DNA of 64,000 nucleotides from a virus (Duplodnaviria; Heunggongvirae; Uroviricota; Caudoviricetes): IMG/VR virus record IMGVR_UViG_2651869782_000025; one strand, 5' to 3'. Shown piece by piece: positions 56,266 to 64,000 of this stretch (position 1 is its first letter; each line of letters starts with the position of its first letter). The notes under the pieces were generated by a model. It saw only the letters and a program-made list of their open reading frames with translations, ran no database searches and was not told where the DNA came from. The position numbers and the translations under genes were made by a program.

Positions 56266-56907
56266 ATGGATAAGAAAATATGTGTTGTGTCGATGAGCGT
56301 CGGCAAACCGGCGTCAATGACTGCTGCATGGATCAACAACGAGCTGATAATGGCTGAGCGGATCAGCTACCCTGAACGCCGCCGCGATATGGAACTCCAG
56401 TTGCTGCGCGAATTGCGTGAGAAAGAGGAAAAAGGTTTTATCGTGCTGGTGGAAGAGGAAAACAGCTTTATTACCGGTCGAGTTGGCCAGCGTGTAAGGT
56501 TGCGTGATCCCTTCATGAACGGCAGACCGGTACTGATTGAAGCAATGCAGATTTACAAGGAATTGGAACGCCAAAAAGCGATCAAGTTACCGCGCAAGGA
56601 ATCTGGCAAATACATCCTCCACCAAAGCATCTTCGATTCCGAACACGATAAAAAAGGCGATGAATTTTTCAACATCAACTGGAGCGAAATAACGACAGAG
56701 CATGTTCTGACGTTACTATGTTGCTTTGCGACGGAATACAACAACGTTGCCAGCGCCGACTACATCAGGGCAATGGCTGGAGAAGTTGAGGCACGCCAGG
56801 AACCATCGTTACTAAGCCCTCTGATTAACATAATTCGCGGAACCCAAACACTGGCACAAAAACGGGTGCCTAAAGGAGAGTTAACTGGAAAAGGAAATTA
56901 TCTATAA
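56266..56907 (+). CDS. Mat-like protein (position of P1 mat)
   Basis: Internal Met (MDKKICVV...) of ORF 56119-56907; assigned by synteny after ref only. Confidence 0.45.
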   Translation: MDKKICVVSMSVGKPASMTAAWINNELIMAERISYPERRRDMELQLLRELREKEEKGFIVLVEEENSFITGRVGQRVRLRDPFMNGRPVLIEAMQIYKELERQKAIKLPRKESGKYILHQSIFDSEHDKKGDEFFNINWSEITTEHVLTLLCCFATEYNNVASADYIRAMAGEVEARQEPSLLSPLINIIRGTQTLAQKRVPKGELTGKGNYL

Positions 56908-56963
56908 ACGTCAATGCATTAGGGTATACTTCTCCATAGAACTATAAGTAAATGGAGTAAGTA

Positions 56964-58271
56964 ATGAGCGAATATGTTGAGTTAGCATACGCTGCCGCTA
57001 CAAGCAGGCTTTGTCTATTTACCGGGACTGGCTTTTCAAAGGCAGTCTCGAACGGTGAAGCTCCAACGTGGAAGGAACTATTAAAAAAAGTTTGCAGCAA
57101 AGTTCACAATGCCAAAAAGTTGGAAGACACGTTATTTCCTGATGATAAACCACCAGCACTGAGTCTTGAAGAAGCCGCACAAATACTATCTTTGAAGCTC
57201 AATATTGAGGGTAAGTCGATTTATGATGAAATTGTTGACATCATATCTCCAATTCAACTTGGAGAAGACATATCAAATATAAAAGACTTTTTCCAAAAAA
57301 ACTCATTCCGTGTCATTACAACAAATTATGACAAGTTGGCTGAATGCTTGGTTGGAGATGAAAGTGTACAGTCTATCACGCCCGGCCTGCCAATTCCAAA
57401 GTATCCATCCAAGGTGAAAATATATCATGTTCATGGTTCTATTGATTCGCCAAAAAATATGATTGTCACTTCAGATGATTACTTCAGATTTATAAATTCC
57501 GATACTTATTTTTCACGAAAACTTAGTACGATGCTGCATGAAAATACAGTTGCGATATTAGGGTATTCTTTAAGCGACACAAATCTTAAAGCAATTATAA
57601 ATGACTATAAAAAATTTTCGAAAAATAATGCCCTGTGCTCTAATATCTTTTTGATATCTCGCAACAAAGTAAGTCAAGACATGAAGGATTATTACTTCTA
57701 TTGCTTTGGTATAAGGGTAATTGACAATACAGAAATAGATTGTTTCTTTAGTCGATTAAGTTATAAGATGTCTCTCATTAAAGACATCATTGAAAGAGCG
57801 CGTGAAAATATCAGAAAAGTTGTTTCGGGGGCTTATACTTATAAAGATGAATATCTTGAATTAGAGGATTCATTTTATCAAATTATATCATCAATTATAT
57901 CGGAAGGTTTAGATTGGAATGATGATAAAGTCGTTTCTCTTTTCGAAAGGATAATAGAAAAAAAGCGAAAGTTAACAAGGAATGACGGAGCGTGGGAGCA
58001 ATATGAACAGTTGGCAAAATGGCTTATATATTTTGGAAGCATCATAGAGGTTAGCAATACTAAGTATGAAAAAACATATTTAGACGCAGTTGAATACTCG
58101 ATGAGTCATATGAGTAAAGAAAGGACTTGGGGAGTTTCTTGGTATGCTTACAGAGCTTGGGAAACACGATGGCCTGCAATAATTGCCTCAAATAGGTTAA
58201 TGATAAAAAACCACATTGAAACATTAGGCACCTTGAAGGACGCCAACCTTATAGTTAAGAATATAGTGTAA
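56964..58271 (+). CDS. SIR2-like (sirtuin-fold, SIR2_2/ThsA-type) protein with uncharacterised helical C-terminal domain; candidate NAD-depleting defense effector
   Basis: 435 aa. Ordered motifs LFTGTGFS (Gly-rich NAD loop), ITTNYD, YHVHGS and IVTSDDY, as in ThsA-type SIR2 domains; C-terminal about 185 aa are helical with no recognised motif; strongly AT-rich. Confidence 0.65.
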   Translation: MSEYVELAYAAATSRLCLFTGTGFSKAVSNGEAPTWKELLKKVCSKVHNAKKLEDTLFPDDKPPALSLEEAAQILSLKLNIEGKSIYDEIVDIISPIQLGEDISNIKDFFQKNSFRVITTNYDKLAECLVGDESVQSITPGLPIPKYPSKVKIYHVHGSIDSPKNMIVTSDDYFRFINSDTYFSRKLSTMLHENTVAILGYSLSDTNLKAIINDYKKFSKNNALCSNIFLISRNKVSQDMKDYYFYCFGIRVIDNTEIDCFFSRLSYKMSLIKDIIERARENIRKVVSGAYTYKDEYLELEDSFYQIISSIISEGLDWNDDKVVSLFERIIEKKRKLTRNDGAWEQYEQLAKWLIYFGSIIEVSNTKYEKTYLDAVEYSMSHMSKERTWGVSWYAYRAWETRWPAIIASNRLMIKNHIETLGTLKDANLIVKNIV

Positions 58272-58287
58272 TTGTGGTCGATAAAAA

Positions 58288-58317
58288 TTTATCGGGCAGA
58301 TAAAACTGCCCGATAAA
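58288..58317. terminator. Bidirectional hairpin terminator between convergent genes
   Basis: Perfect 12-bp stem TTTATCGGGCAG-ATAAAA-CTGCCCGATAAA; T-rich on the minus-strand side. Confidence 0.5.
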
Positions 58318-58566
58318 TTAATCAGCATTCAGGAGCAATGCGTTATCTATGATGATCTGCTCCCATTCTTCGAATGCCCGGTCACGGACGCCCTGGGGAA
58401 CGCTGTTAGTTTTGAAATCGACGACCGTACGCCATTTCCCGTCCGGACGGTACATGCGCAGAGCTTTACTTCCCCCTTCCCTGCGCACCTCAACGTTATG
58501 CTTGTCAGCAAACTCTTGTAATGCTCGTAGCGTCCCATGCTTTACTGTGTAGTATCGCTTTTTCAA
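58318..58566 (-). CDS. Small basic protein, HicA-fold-like; alternatively P1 Lxc/Bof-like by size and position
   Basis: 82 aa from a TTG start overlapping the upstream stop (TTGA); pattern VEVRREGGSKALRMYRPDGKWRTVVDF resembles HicA-type toxins but lacks the conserved His. Confidence 0.35.
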   Translation of the reverse strand: MKKRYYTVKHGTLRALQEFADKHNVEVRREGGSKALRMYRPDGKWRTVVDFKTNSVPQGVRDRAFEEWEQIIIDNALLLNAD

Positions 58567-58870
58567 GTTTTCTCTCCAGCCTGTGCCAAGGCTTCAACTT
58601 CCAAATCGTAAGACTCAAACTCATAGTCCTGGTCGTCAACTTCTTCAGGCACTGGCAGTAAATGCCAGGCTGAGTATATCTGACCATTATCAAAACGCTC
58701 CTGGCTGTAGAGCGTCGCGGCTATGAGTGTTAGCGCAGGGCGGTCATAACGGTAAATTTTGCGAACGTCACGGTCAACGAGACGACCGAAATTACCATAA
58801 CCGCGCTCAAGTAATAATTTTTTAATTTCCGGCCAGTATGGACCATAGTTGCGGTACAGGCGGGGATTTT
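58567..58870 (-). pseudogene. Start-less open frame (about 100 codons), probable 5'-truncated gene remnant
   Basis: Minus-strand frame translating (L)LKNPRLYRNYGPYWPEIKKLLLERGYGNFGRLVDRDVRKIYRYDRPALTLIAATLYSQERFDNGQIYSAWHLLPVPEEVDDQDYEFESYDLEVEALAQAGEKT has no Met and an in-frame stop right upstream. Confidence 0.35.
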
Positions 58871-59363
58871 TCAGTAATCACCCGCGTAGTCCCGACAGGA
58901 AGAAATCAACGTATTCGTCTTCTGTCTTTCCTAACAACGCCGTACGCATTACCGCCTCAAGATATGTTTATTGTATCAGATAGTGTGGCTATATTATCCG
59001 ACGCTCGGCGATCTGGGACTGAAACAGAGCAATCACATTCATCCGCTACAGTATAGCTCTGCTCAACAATCAGTTGAGCGGCATTCTCGTTAGTATTCTG
59101 GGCTAACACATTGACACATCAGTGTTGTTCTGAAATGAGCGTATCACCTCTCTGCAATTGGACAAATTCAGTAAACCACTACAATCTTCAAGGCTTTGAA
59201 GTTTTAGATTGTTCATTAGTCAGAGCCTGTACCTATTTGTCTAAAATTCAACCTATGTTAACATTGAACTGAACATATCAAAATCAAACAATTACACAAA
59301 TTGATGTACAGGCTCATTAGCACCTGAAGAATCAGAGGACAAATACGCGGTAAAGTTTATGCT

Positions 59364-60290
59364 TTATAACATGGTGATTGTTGCATTTATCGTAACTATC
59401 CCGCTACCGGTATCTCCGCGTATTTTCATTGTAAGAGGCTTGTAGTCCCCTGATCCAAAGGGAGGAACCATGTAGTCTATTGGTTGTCCAATTGGTATAT
59501 TAGGCATTCCCAGACCTTGTATTTCCACATTATACTCTCCATCGGACATTACCTGGAATGTTAGTTTGGCTTTAATGGTTTCGTTATCTGAACTGTTAAC
59601 AGCATTTAGTGCAGTAATTGCTGTGCAGGTGTTACCAGTAGTTGCCATGCACGACAATTGGCTGTCTTTGAAATTCACATTTACAGCATGGTTGTTGATC
59701 GCGGTATATGTAATTACGAGTTGATTGCGAATATTAACGGTGTGATTAGTAGTATCGTCGTCTGAGCCATATTCCCACTGGTCATCAATATTTACGGTGA
59801 ACGTCCCATCTAACGTTTCCGTCGTGGTAAAAGGACGTAGTTTTATGGCGACTCCAGGTCTATAACTATATCCTTTTTTTACTATGCCAGCACCTTGTAC
59901 ACCGTTGTTATCGTATTTTGCGTATCCCAGCTCTATACCTCCAGCGTTATATCCAATTTCTGCTATATACGATGAATTGCCAGTAATCGGTGTTTTGTTT
60001 CCCAGTATTCCAGAGTAAGTATTTTTGTTGTTCGTGTATGAAGATAACCCCATATATATCCTGTCAGCTCGAGAGAGGGTGTACTCATAGGTGAACTCGT
60101 TCCCTCTGACGCAGTCCCAGATCGACATTGTTTTTGTCGTGGGATCTCCATTAATCCATTGCCCGCGAGAGTTAGTGTAACTTCCTTGTATATAAATGGA
60201 TGTAGGACACATGAGCGATCCAGCGTGGCTGGATAGACTGGTAAGCAGTATTGCTATAGATATATATTTGGTCATTCTTGGCAGTCTCAT
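59364..60290 (-). CDS. Secreted protein, putative fimbrial tip adhesin
   Basis: 308 aa, signal peptide (MTKYISIAILLTSLSSHAGS), two Cys pairs, last gene of a chaperone-usher operon; AT-rich. Confidence 0.4.
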   Translation of the reverse strand: MRLPRMTKYISIAILLTSLSSHAGSLMCPTSIYIQGSYTNSRGQWINGDPTTKTMSIWDCVRGNEFTYEYTLSRADRIYMGLSSYTNNKNTYSGILGNKTPITGNSSYIAEIGYNAGGIELGYAKYDNNGVQGAGIVKKGYSYRPGVAIKLRPFTTTETLDGTFTVNIDDQWEYGSDDDTTNHTVNIRNQLVITYTAINNHAVNVNFKDSQLSCMATTGNTCTAITALNAVNSSDNETIKAKLTFQVMSDGEYNVEIQGLGMPNIPIGQPIDYMVPPFGSGDYKPLTMKIRGDTGSGIVTINATITML

Positions 60291-60701
60291 TGTTGATTTG
60301 TAAATTTTTATACAGGCAAAGCGCTCTTCAACTGCCCACGATATCCATCGTGCCGCATGATGTTTCTTCCGCTAGAGAACAATCTCTTCAGTCCCTCTTC
60401 GGGCCAGTTTCTCAAGTCGCTGCTTGTTTTGTGCATAGCACTATCCTTGTACTCTCGTTGCATAAAACTACACACCGAGCTAGTCAATCCGCGCTCCATA
60501 CGACTGACCTATGTTTTATCCGAATGGCATTATCCTCAAAACAGTGACAGCACGCGTAGCGGTTTGCGCCCTGCCCGGCGGTTCGGGAAAGCTCATTCTT
60601 CCGTAGCACCGATATATTTCTGCAAGTCATATTCCTAATGTGATGTTTGCATTCTAACGCGCCGGAAAAACACTCTGCGTTATCCCAGCCCTTTGTTCCC
60701 T

Positions 60702-61343
60702 TTATTCCTGACGCTTCAGCAACACGCTAACAACATCCGCAAAAGCTTTTCCGTAGCCCTGCTCACTGGAAGGCTGTATGGCTCCGTTATTCATCAAATA
60801 TTTTCCCCTGACGAAGAAAGAAGGTGTTCCTGTTACACCATAAGTTCTTGCCGCTTCCTGCTGTTTTTCCGTAAGGGCACGTACCGCCATACTGTTTTTT
60901 GCTGCATCATAGTCCCTTTCCGAAATACCGGCATCGATGAACACTTGGCGAATACTGGCTTCCGTCGTAATGTTCCTGTTTACCTGTACTGCCACAAATA
61001 GTGGTAACTCCACTTTGTCTTCCACACCCAGTACTTTTGCCACCGACCAAGCTTCTGTCAGCTCCTCTCCCATCGGCCCCATTGTGCTGACGTGATACTT
61101 AACCACTTTCTCTCCAGCTGGCAGGATTCTGTCCACTGCCTGACTGACAAAAAAACGACTGCTGAAGGCTGCACAGGGCGGACAGTAAAAGGAGAAAAAC
61201 TCCACCACCGCCGGAGCATCCTCTACCGGCATTTTCAGCATGGTATAGTCCTTTCCTTCCACGGGAACTGCCGCCTGAGTATGGGACATACAAGTGATGC
61301 CCAGCCCACAGAACAGCAGAAATATCAGTTTTCTGAACATCAT
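60702..61343 (-). CDS. DsbA-family periplasmic thiol:disulfide oxidoreductase with CPPC active site (SrgA-like)
   Basis: 213 aa, signal peptide, thioredoxin-fold active site FYCPPCAAF; embedded in the fimbrial operon. Confidence 0.75.
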   Translation of the reverse strand: MMFRKLIFLLFCGLGITCMSHTQAAVPVEGKDYTMLKMPVEDAPAVVEFFSFYCPPCAAFSSRFFVSQAVDRILPAGEKVVKYHVSTMGPMGEELTEAWSVAKVLGVEDKVELPLFVAVQVNRNITTEASIRQVFIDAGISERDYDAAKNSMAVRALTEKQQEAARTYGVTGTPSFFVRGKYLMNNGAIQPSSEQGYGKAFADVVSVLLKRQE

Positions 61344-61586
61344 TAATTACCTTTCACTTTATTTATTAAAGAATAATAGAAATTGTTTTTCTGTCCGAAA
61401 TACCATGCCGGATCAGTAATAATTCTGCAGCAAATGAGTTTCAAACCAGAGATACCCCCAGAGAAAACAGTTCAGGATGAACAGAAAAATTTCTGCAAAA
61501 TATTCTTTCAGCCTCCCTCCAGTTCTCTCCCCTTTTGCGTACACCTTTTTCCTGCCTACAGGTATTTGTTTCACCTTTGGCCTTCC

Positions 61587-62120
61587 TTACGGATAACCTA
61601 CTTCAAAACGCAATGTGGCCGATGCCAAGCCGAACGGCCCGTTCTGAGACACATTCGTCTCCGGAGTCAAGGTGCAGGTACGCATCATGGTGCCGACAAC
61701 AGTATTTTGATCGGTGCAAAAATAATCGCTCATCGTCGGACCAGTCAGTTTTATCAGAGCAGCGCTCTTCTTTTCTCTCAGCGCAAGTGTCGCACCGGTT
61801 TCAGTACCACTGTCTGTCTGCAAGATAACTTTCTCATCACCGCTTGCGCTTCCTTTAACAATGTCAGCTGTCAGCGCTGTTTTAATCGGAGTGTCACCTT
61901 CACACTTCCAAGTGATTTCCAGCGGAGCATGTGTCTTTGCTCCTGGAGTCAAGGTGCCCAAGTTATATGAAGCAGGCACTGTAATGTCACAGCTTGGCTG
62001 GGTGAATGCGACATTAATTGTCAGTGTCGCTGTGGCAGTGGTGGCAGTGGTGGCAGCCTGCCCGCTGCCAGTCATAACCGTCATTATCAGTAAAGCCTGG
62101 GCTACTTTAGTGAATTTCAT
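61587..62120 (-). CDS. Fimbrial subunit (pilin-like)
   Basis: Signal peptide MKFTKVAQALLIMTVMTGSGQA, Thr/Ala-rich N-terminus, Cys pair, C-terminal beta-strand ending ...RFEVGYP. Confidence 0.65.
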   Translation of the reverse strand: MKFTKVAQALLIMTVMTGSGQAATTATTATATLTINVAFTQPSCDITVPASYNLGTLTPGAKTHAPLEITWKCEGDTPIKTALTADIVKGSASGDEKVILQTDSGTETGATLALREKKSAALIKLTGPTMSDYFCTDQNTVVGTMMRTCTLTPETNVSQNGPFGLASATLRFEVGYP

Positions 62121-62799
62121 AGTTCTGAACTCCACCCCAGTCATTTACAGCATCCACGCTGATGTTTCCATTCACCTTTTTACCCAGATTCACATCGCTG
62201 AACGGCTTAAGCTGTGCGACGTCCTTCATCACCTTATCGCTTAGTGTTATATCCTTGCCGTCATGTTTCACGTTAACAATAGCCATGTAATACGGCGTCG
62301 GGTTTTTCAGCCAGGTATCATTACCACGCTGTTCCAGCTTCAGCTGTTTCTCTGCATCTTTGCGACCATCCTTAATGGACGCAGGGCGGTAAATCAGCTT
62401 CACGCGGGTGTTCATGGCGATGGCCAGTACGCTGCCTTCACCATCCTTCACTTCCGGCTTCGGTGGCACTTCCTGGACATTCAGCCAGAACAGGGATTCG
62501 CGATCCTTCGGTAGGTTACTGTCCGTATTGATGATACGAATAACCTGCTTTTGCTTAGCCCCTACCTTAAAGAACGGTGGCTGTGGAACCATGTAGACTC
62601 CGTTCCCTTGGTTGGTGTTATCAATCCACACCTGACCACCGTAGGTTTTGTCCGCATTGTTGGTCACTTCAAAAGAAACATTCTTCTTTCCCTCCTCATA
62701 AATGAAGCGGGTCCCATTCAGCACAAATGCAGCCATAGACTGGTTGCAGAAAGAGAGAGAAAGGAGAGCAGCCAGCGCTACCTTACCCAGTTTATTCAC
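62107..62799 (-). CDS. Periplasmic fimbrial chaperone (PapD-like)
   Basis: 230 aa with signal peptide and PapD-family pattern. Confidence 0.75.
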   Translation of the reverse strand: MNKLGKVALAALLSLSFCNQSMAAFVLNGTRFIYEEGKKNVSFEVTNNADKTYGGQVWIDNTNQGNGVYMVPQPPFFKVGAKQKQVIRIINTDSNLPKDRESLFWLNVQEVPPKPEVKDGEGSVLAIAMNTRVKLIYRPASIKDGRKDAEKQLKLEQRGNDTWLKNPTPYYMAIVNVKHDGKDITLSDKVMKDVAQLKPFSDVNLGKKVNGNISVDAVNDWGGVQNYEIH

Positions 62800-64000
62800 A
62801 GCGAACCTCCTGAACTTTGTTAGTGTTTGCTTTCAGTCCTGCCATGGAGAAACGGCACTGTTTTCCGTCCCCAGTATTCACGCTGACAGCTTTCGGCTCA
62901 GCCAGCATGTTCATCAGCAGAACACCATTGTTTGAAATAAAGCCTGCATTCAGTCCCTGCTCCGTTTTCGCATCGCCGCCAGTCAGATAGTTGCCTTGTG
63001 CATCCTTCACTCGCAGGATGTAACGCAGGACATTTTCGAAGCCGAATTTGCGGTAAACCATCGCTTTTTCAGTCGGCACCACGTTGTAGGACGTGGTCTC
63101 AAACTCCATGTCATCTGGCACGTTATCCATGTTGATGTTGATACTGTTTTCTGAATATTCAGACAGCCACACCACCGTGTTACCATCGCGGTTCGTCGGC
63201 ATGGAGCCGTTAACAGAAATGCCTTCAACCCCAGGAATACTGACAATACCCACGGTGTCAGACGACTCTTTAGTAAAGAGCGGTCCGGTCTCAGACGTGC
63301 CCAGTACAGAACCGGAAACACTGCCAGAGAAACTGGTTTGGCTGTTACCGTGCTTGTTGTACGAACGAGACACACCCAGGTTGGTCTGAATGGCATCAAA
63401 GGCGTAACTGGCAGATGCAGACGCACCACGCTCACCTTTTGAACCAGCATTCGCACTCAGGCTGTAGTTCAGCCGTTCAGTTGGCATGGCCGATACACTG
63501 GTATTGAATGTCGTACCACCGGTGCGGGTATACCCCACACTGTTACTGCTGTAATGACGGGTCCCTTTCAGGTCAAATGGTACGCTCAGACTAAGTGAAA
63601 CGGCGTAATCTGCCTTATCCGACCAGGCATACTTTGAATACGACCCGTTCAGAAATACCGAGACAGAATCAAAAACAGAGGTACTGAATGACAGCGTGCT
63701 GCCAGTATCTGTGCCCTCGCGCATCCAGTAATCCTGACGCCAGTAAGAGCCACTCAGGTATGTGCCATCAAAACGGTGCGACAAACGCGCCTCATATCGG
63801 GAACGCTGACCACCGTAGCGCGCATAGCGCCAGATATCTTTCGGGTTAAAGTCAGCAAATTCCACATACCCTTTACTCTGGTAACGGTACGTCAGTAACT
63901 GTAGGTCGGTCCGATCTGTAAAGCTCTTTGCGTATTTGGCACTGAAGCTTTCCCCTGTTTTCACTTCCCCGTTGTCATAACTGGCCTTTGACACGTTCGC
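62792..64000 (-). CDS. Fimbrial usher, C-terminal part (N-terminus beyond window end)
   Basis: Frame open to the window edge; beta-rich with C-terminal Cys pair (CRFSMAGLKANTNKVQEVRCE); adjacent to the chaperone. Confidence 0.7.
   Translation of the reverse strand, partial: ANVSKASYDNGEVKTGESFSAKYAKSFTDRTDLQLLTYRYQSKGYVEFADFNPKDIWRYARYGGQRSRYEARLSHRFDGTYLSGSYWRQDYWMREGTDTGSTLSFSTSVFDSVSVFLNGSYSKYAWSDKADYAVSLSLSVPFDLKGTRHYSSNSVGYTRTGGTTFNTSVSAMPTERLNYSLSANAGSKGERGASASASYAFDAIQTNLGVSRSYNKHGNSQTSFSGSVSGSVLGTSETGPLFTKESSDTVGIVSIPGVEGISVNGSMPTNRDGNTVVWLSEYSENSININMDNVPDDMEFETTSYNVVPTEKAMVYRKFGFENVLRYILRVKDAQGNYLTGGDAKTEQGLNAGFISNNGVLLMNMLAEPKAVSVNTGDGKQCRFSMAGLKANTNKVQEVRCE

Noticed and set aside
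56964-58271. P1 Type III res/mod at the canonical position after mat
   Set aside because: No ORFs of the required size (about 970 and 650 aa) or helicase/MTase motifs occur between mat and the fimbrial operon; only the SIR2-like gene is present.
58505-58693. 62-aa minus-strand ORF
   Set aside because: Overlaps both the 82-aa gene and the start-less frame in a third frame; likely spurious.

Overview
The window reads as a large segment of a P1-like (Punavirus-type) phage-plasmid from an enterobacterium, with several cargo insertions. Recognisable P1 backbone, in order: a truncated IS200/IS605 tnpB at the left edge; immunity region immI (c4 RNA region, icd, ant) followed by kilA-repL; a block of minus-strand late structural genes; the plasmid partition/replication unit (parS, parB, parA, incA iterons, repA, incC/oriR iterons); rdgC-like and a frameshifted dmt methyltransferase; a tRNA cluster; tciA; ban helicase; baseplate/tail genes; ppp; phd-doc; lpa; pacA (with pac site) and pacB; c1-coi; loxP-cre-ref. 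C1-operator-like 17-mers (ATTGCTCTAATAAATTT and variants) recur at more than 15 intergenic positions. Non-backbone cargo: (i) an AT-rich SIR2-like gene (56964-58271) just after the mat-like gene, where P1 carries res-mod, which is my best candidate for an undescribed single-gene anti-phage system; (ii) a complete Type I R-M operon (hsdR-hsdS-hsdM, EcoR124-like) with a 3x12-bp TAEL-coding repeat in hsdS; (iii) a second, divergent c4/icd/ant-like module between pacB and c1; (iv) an Ail/Lom-family outer-membrane protein and a chaperone-usher fimbrial operon with a DsbA-like CPPC oxidoreductase; (v) an AT-rich YeeE/YedE-like membrane protein beside a glycosyltransferase-like gene. All calls rest on reading the translations and on recalled family signatures and P1 gene sizes; no database search or identity calculation was possible.
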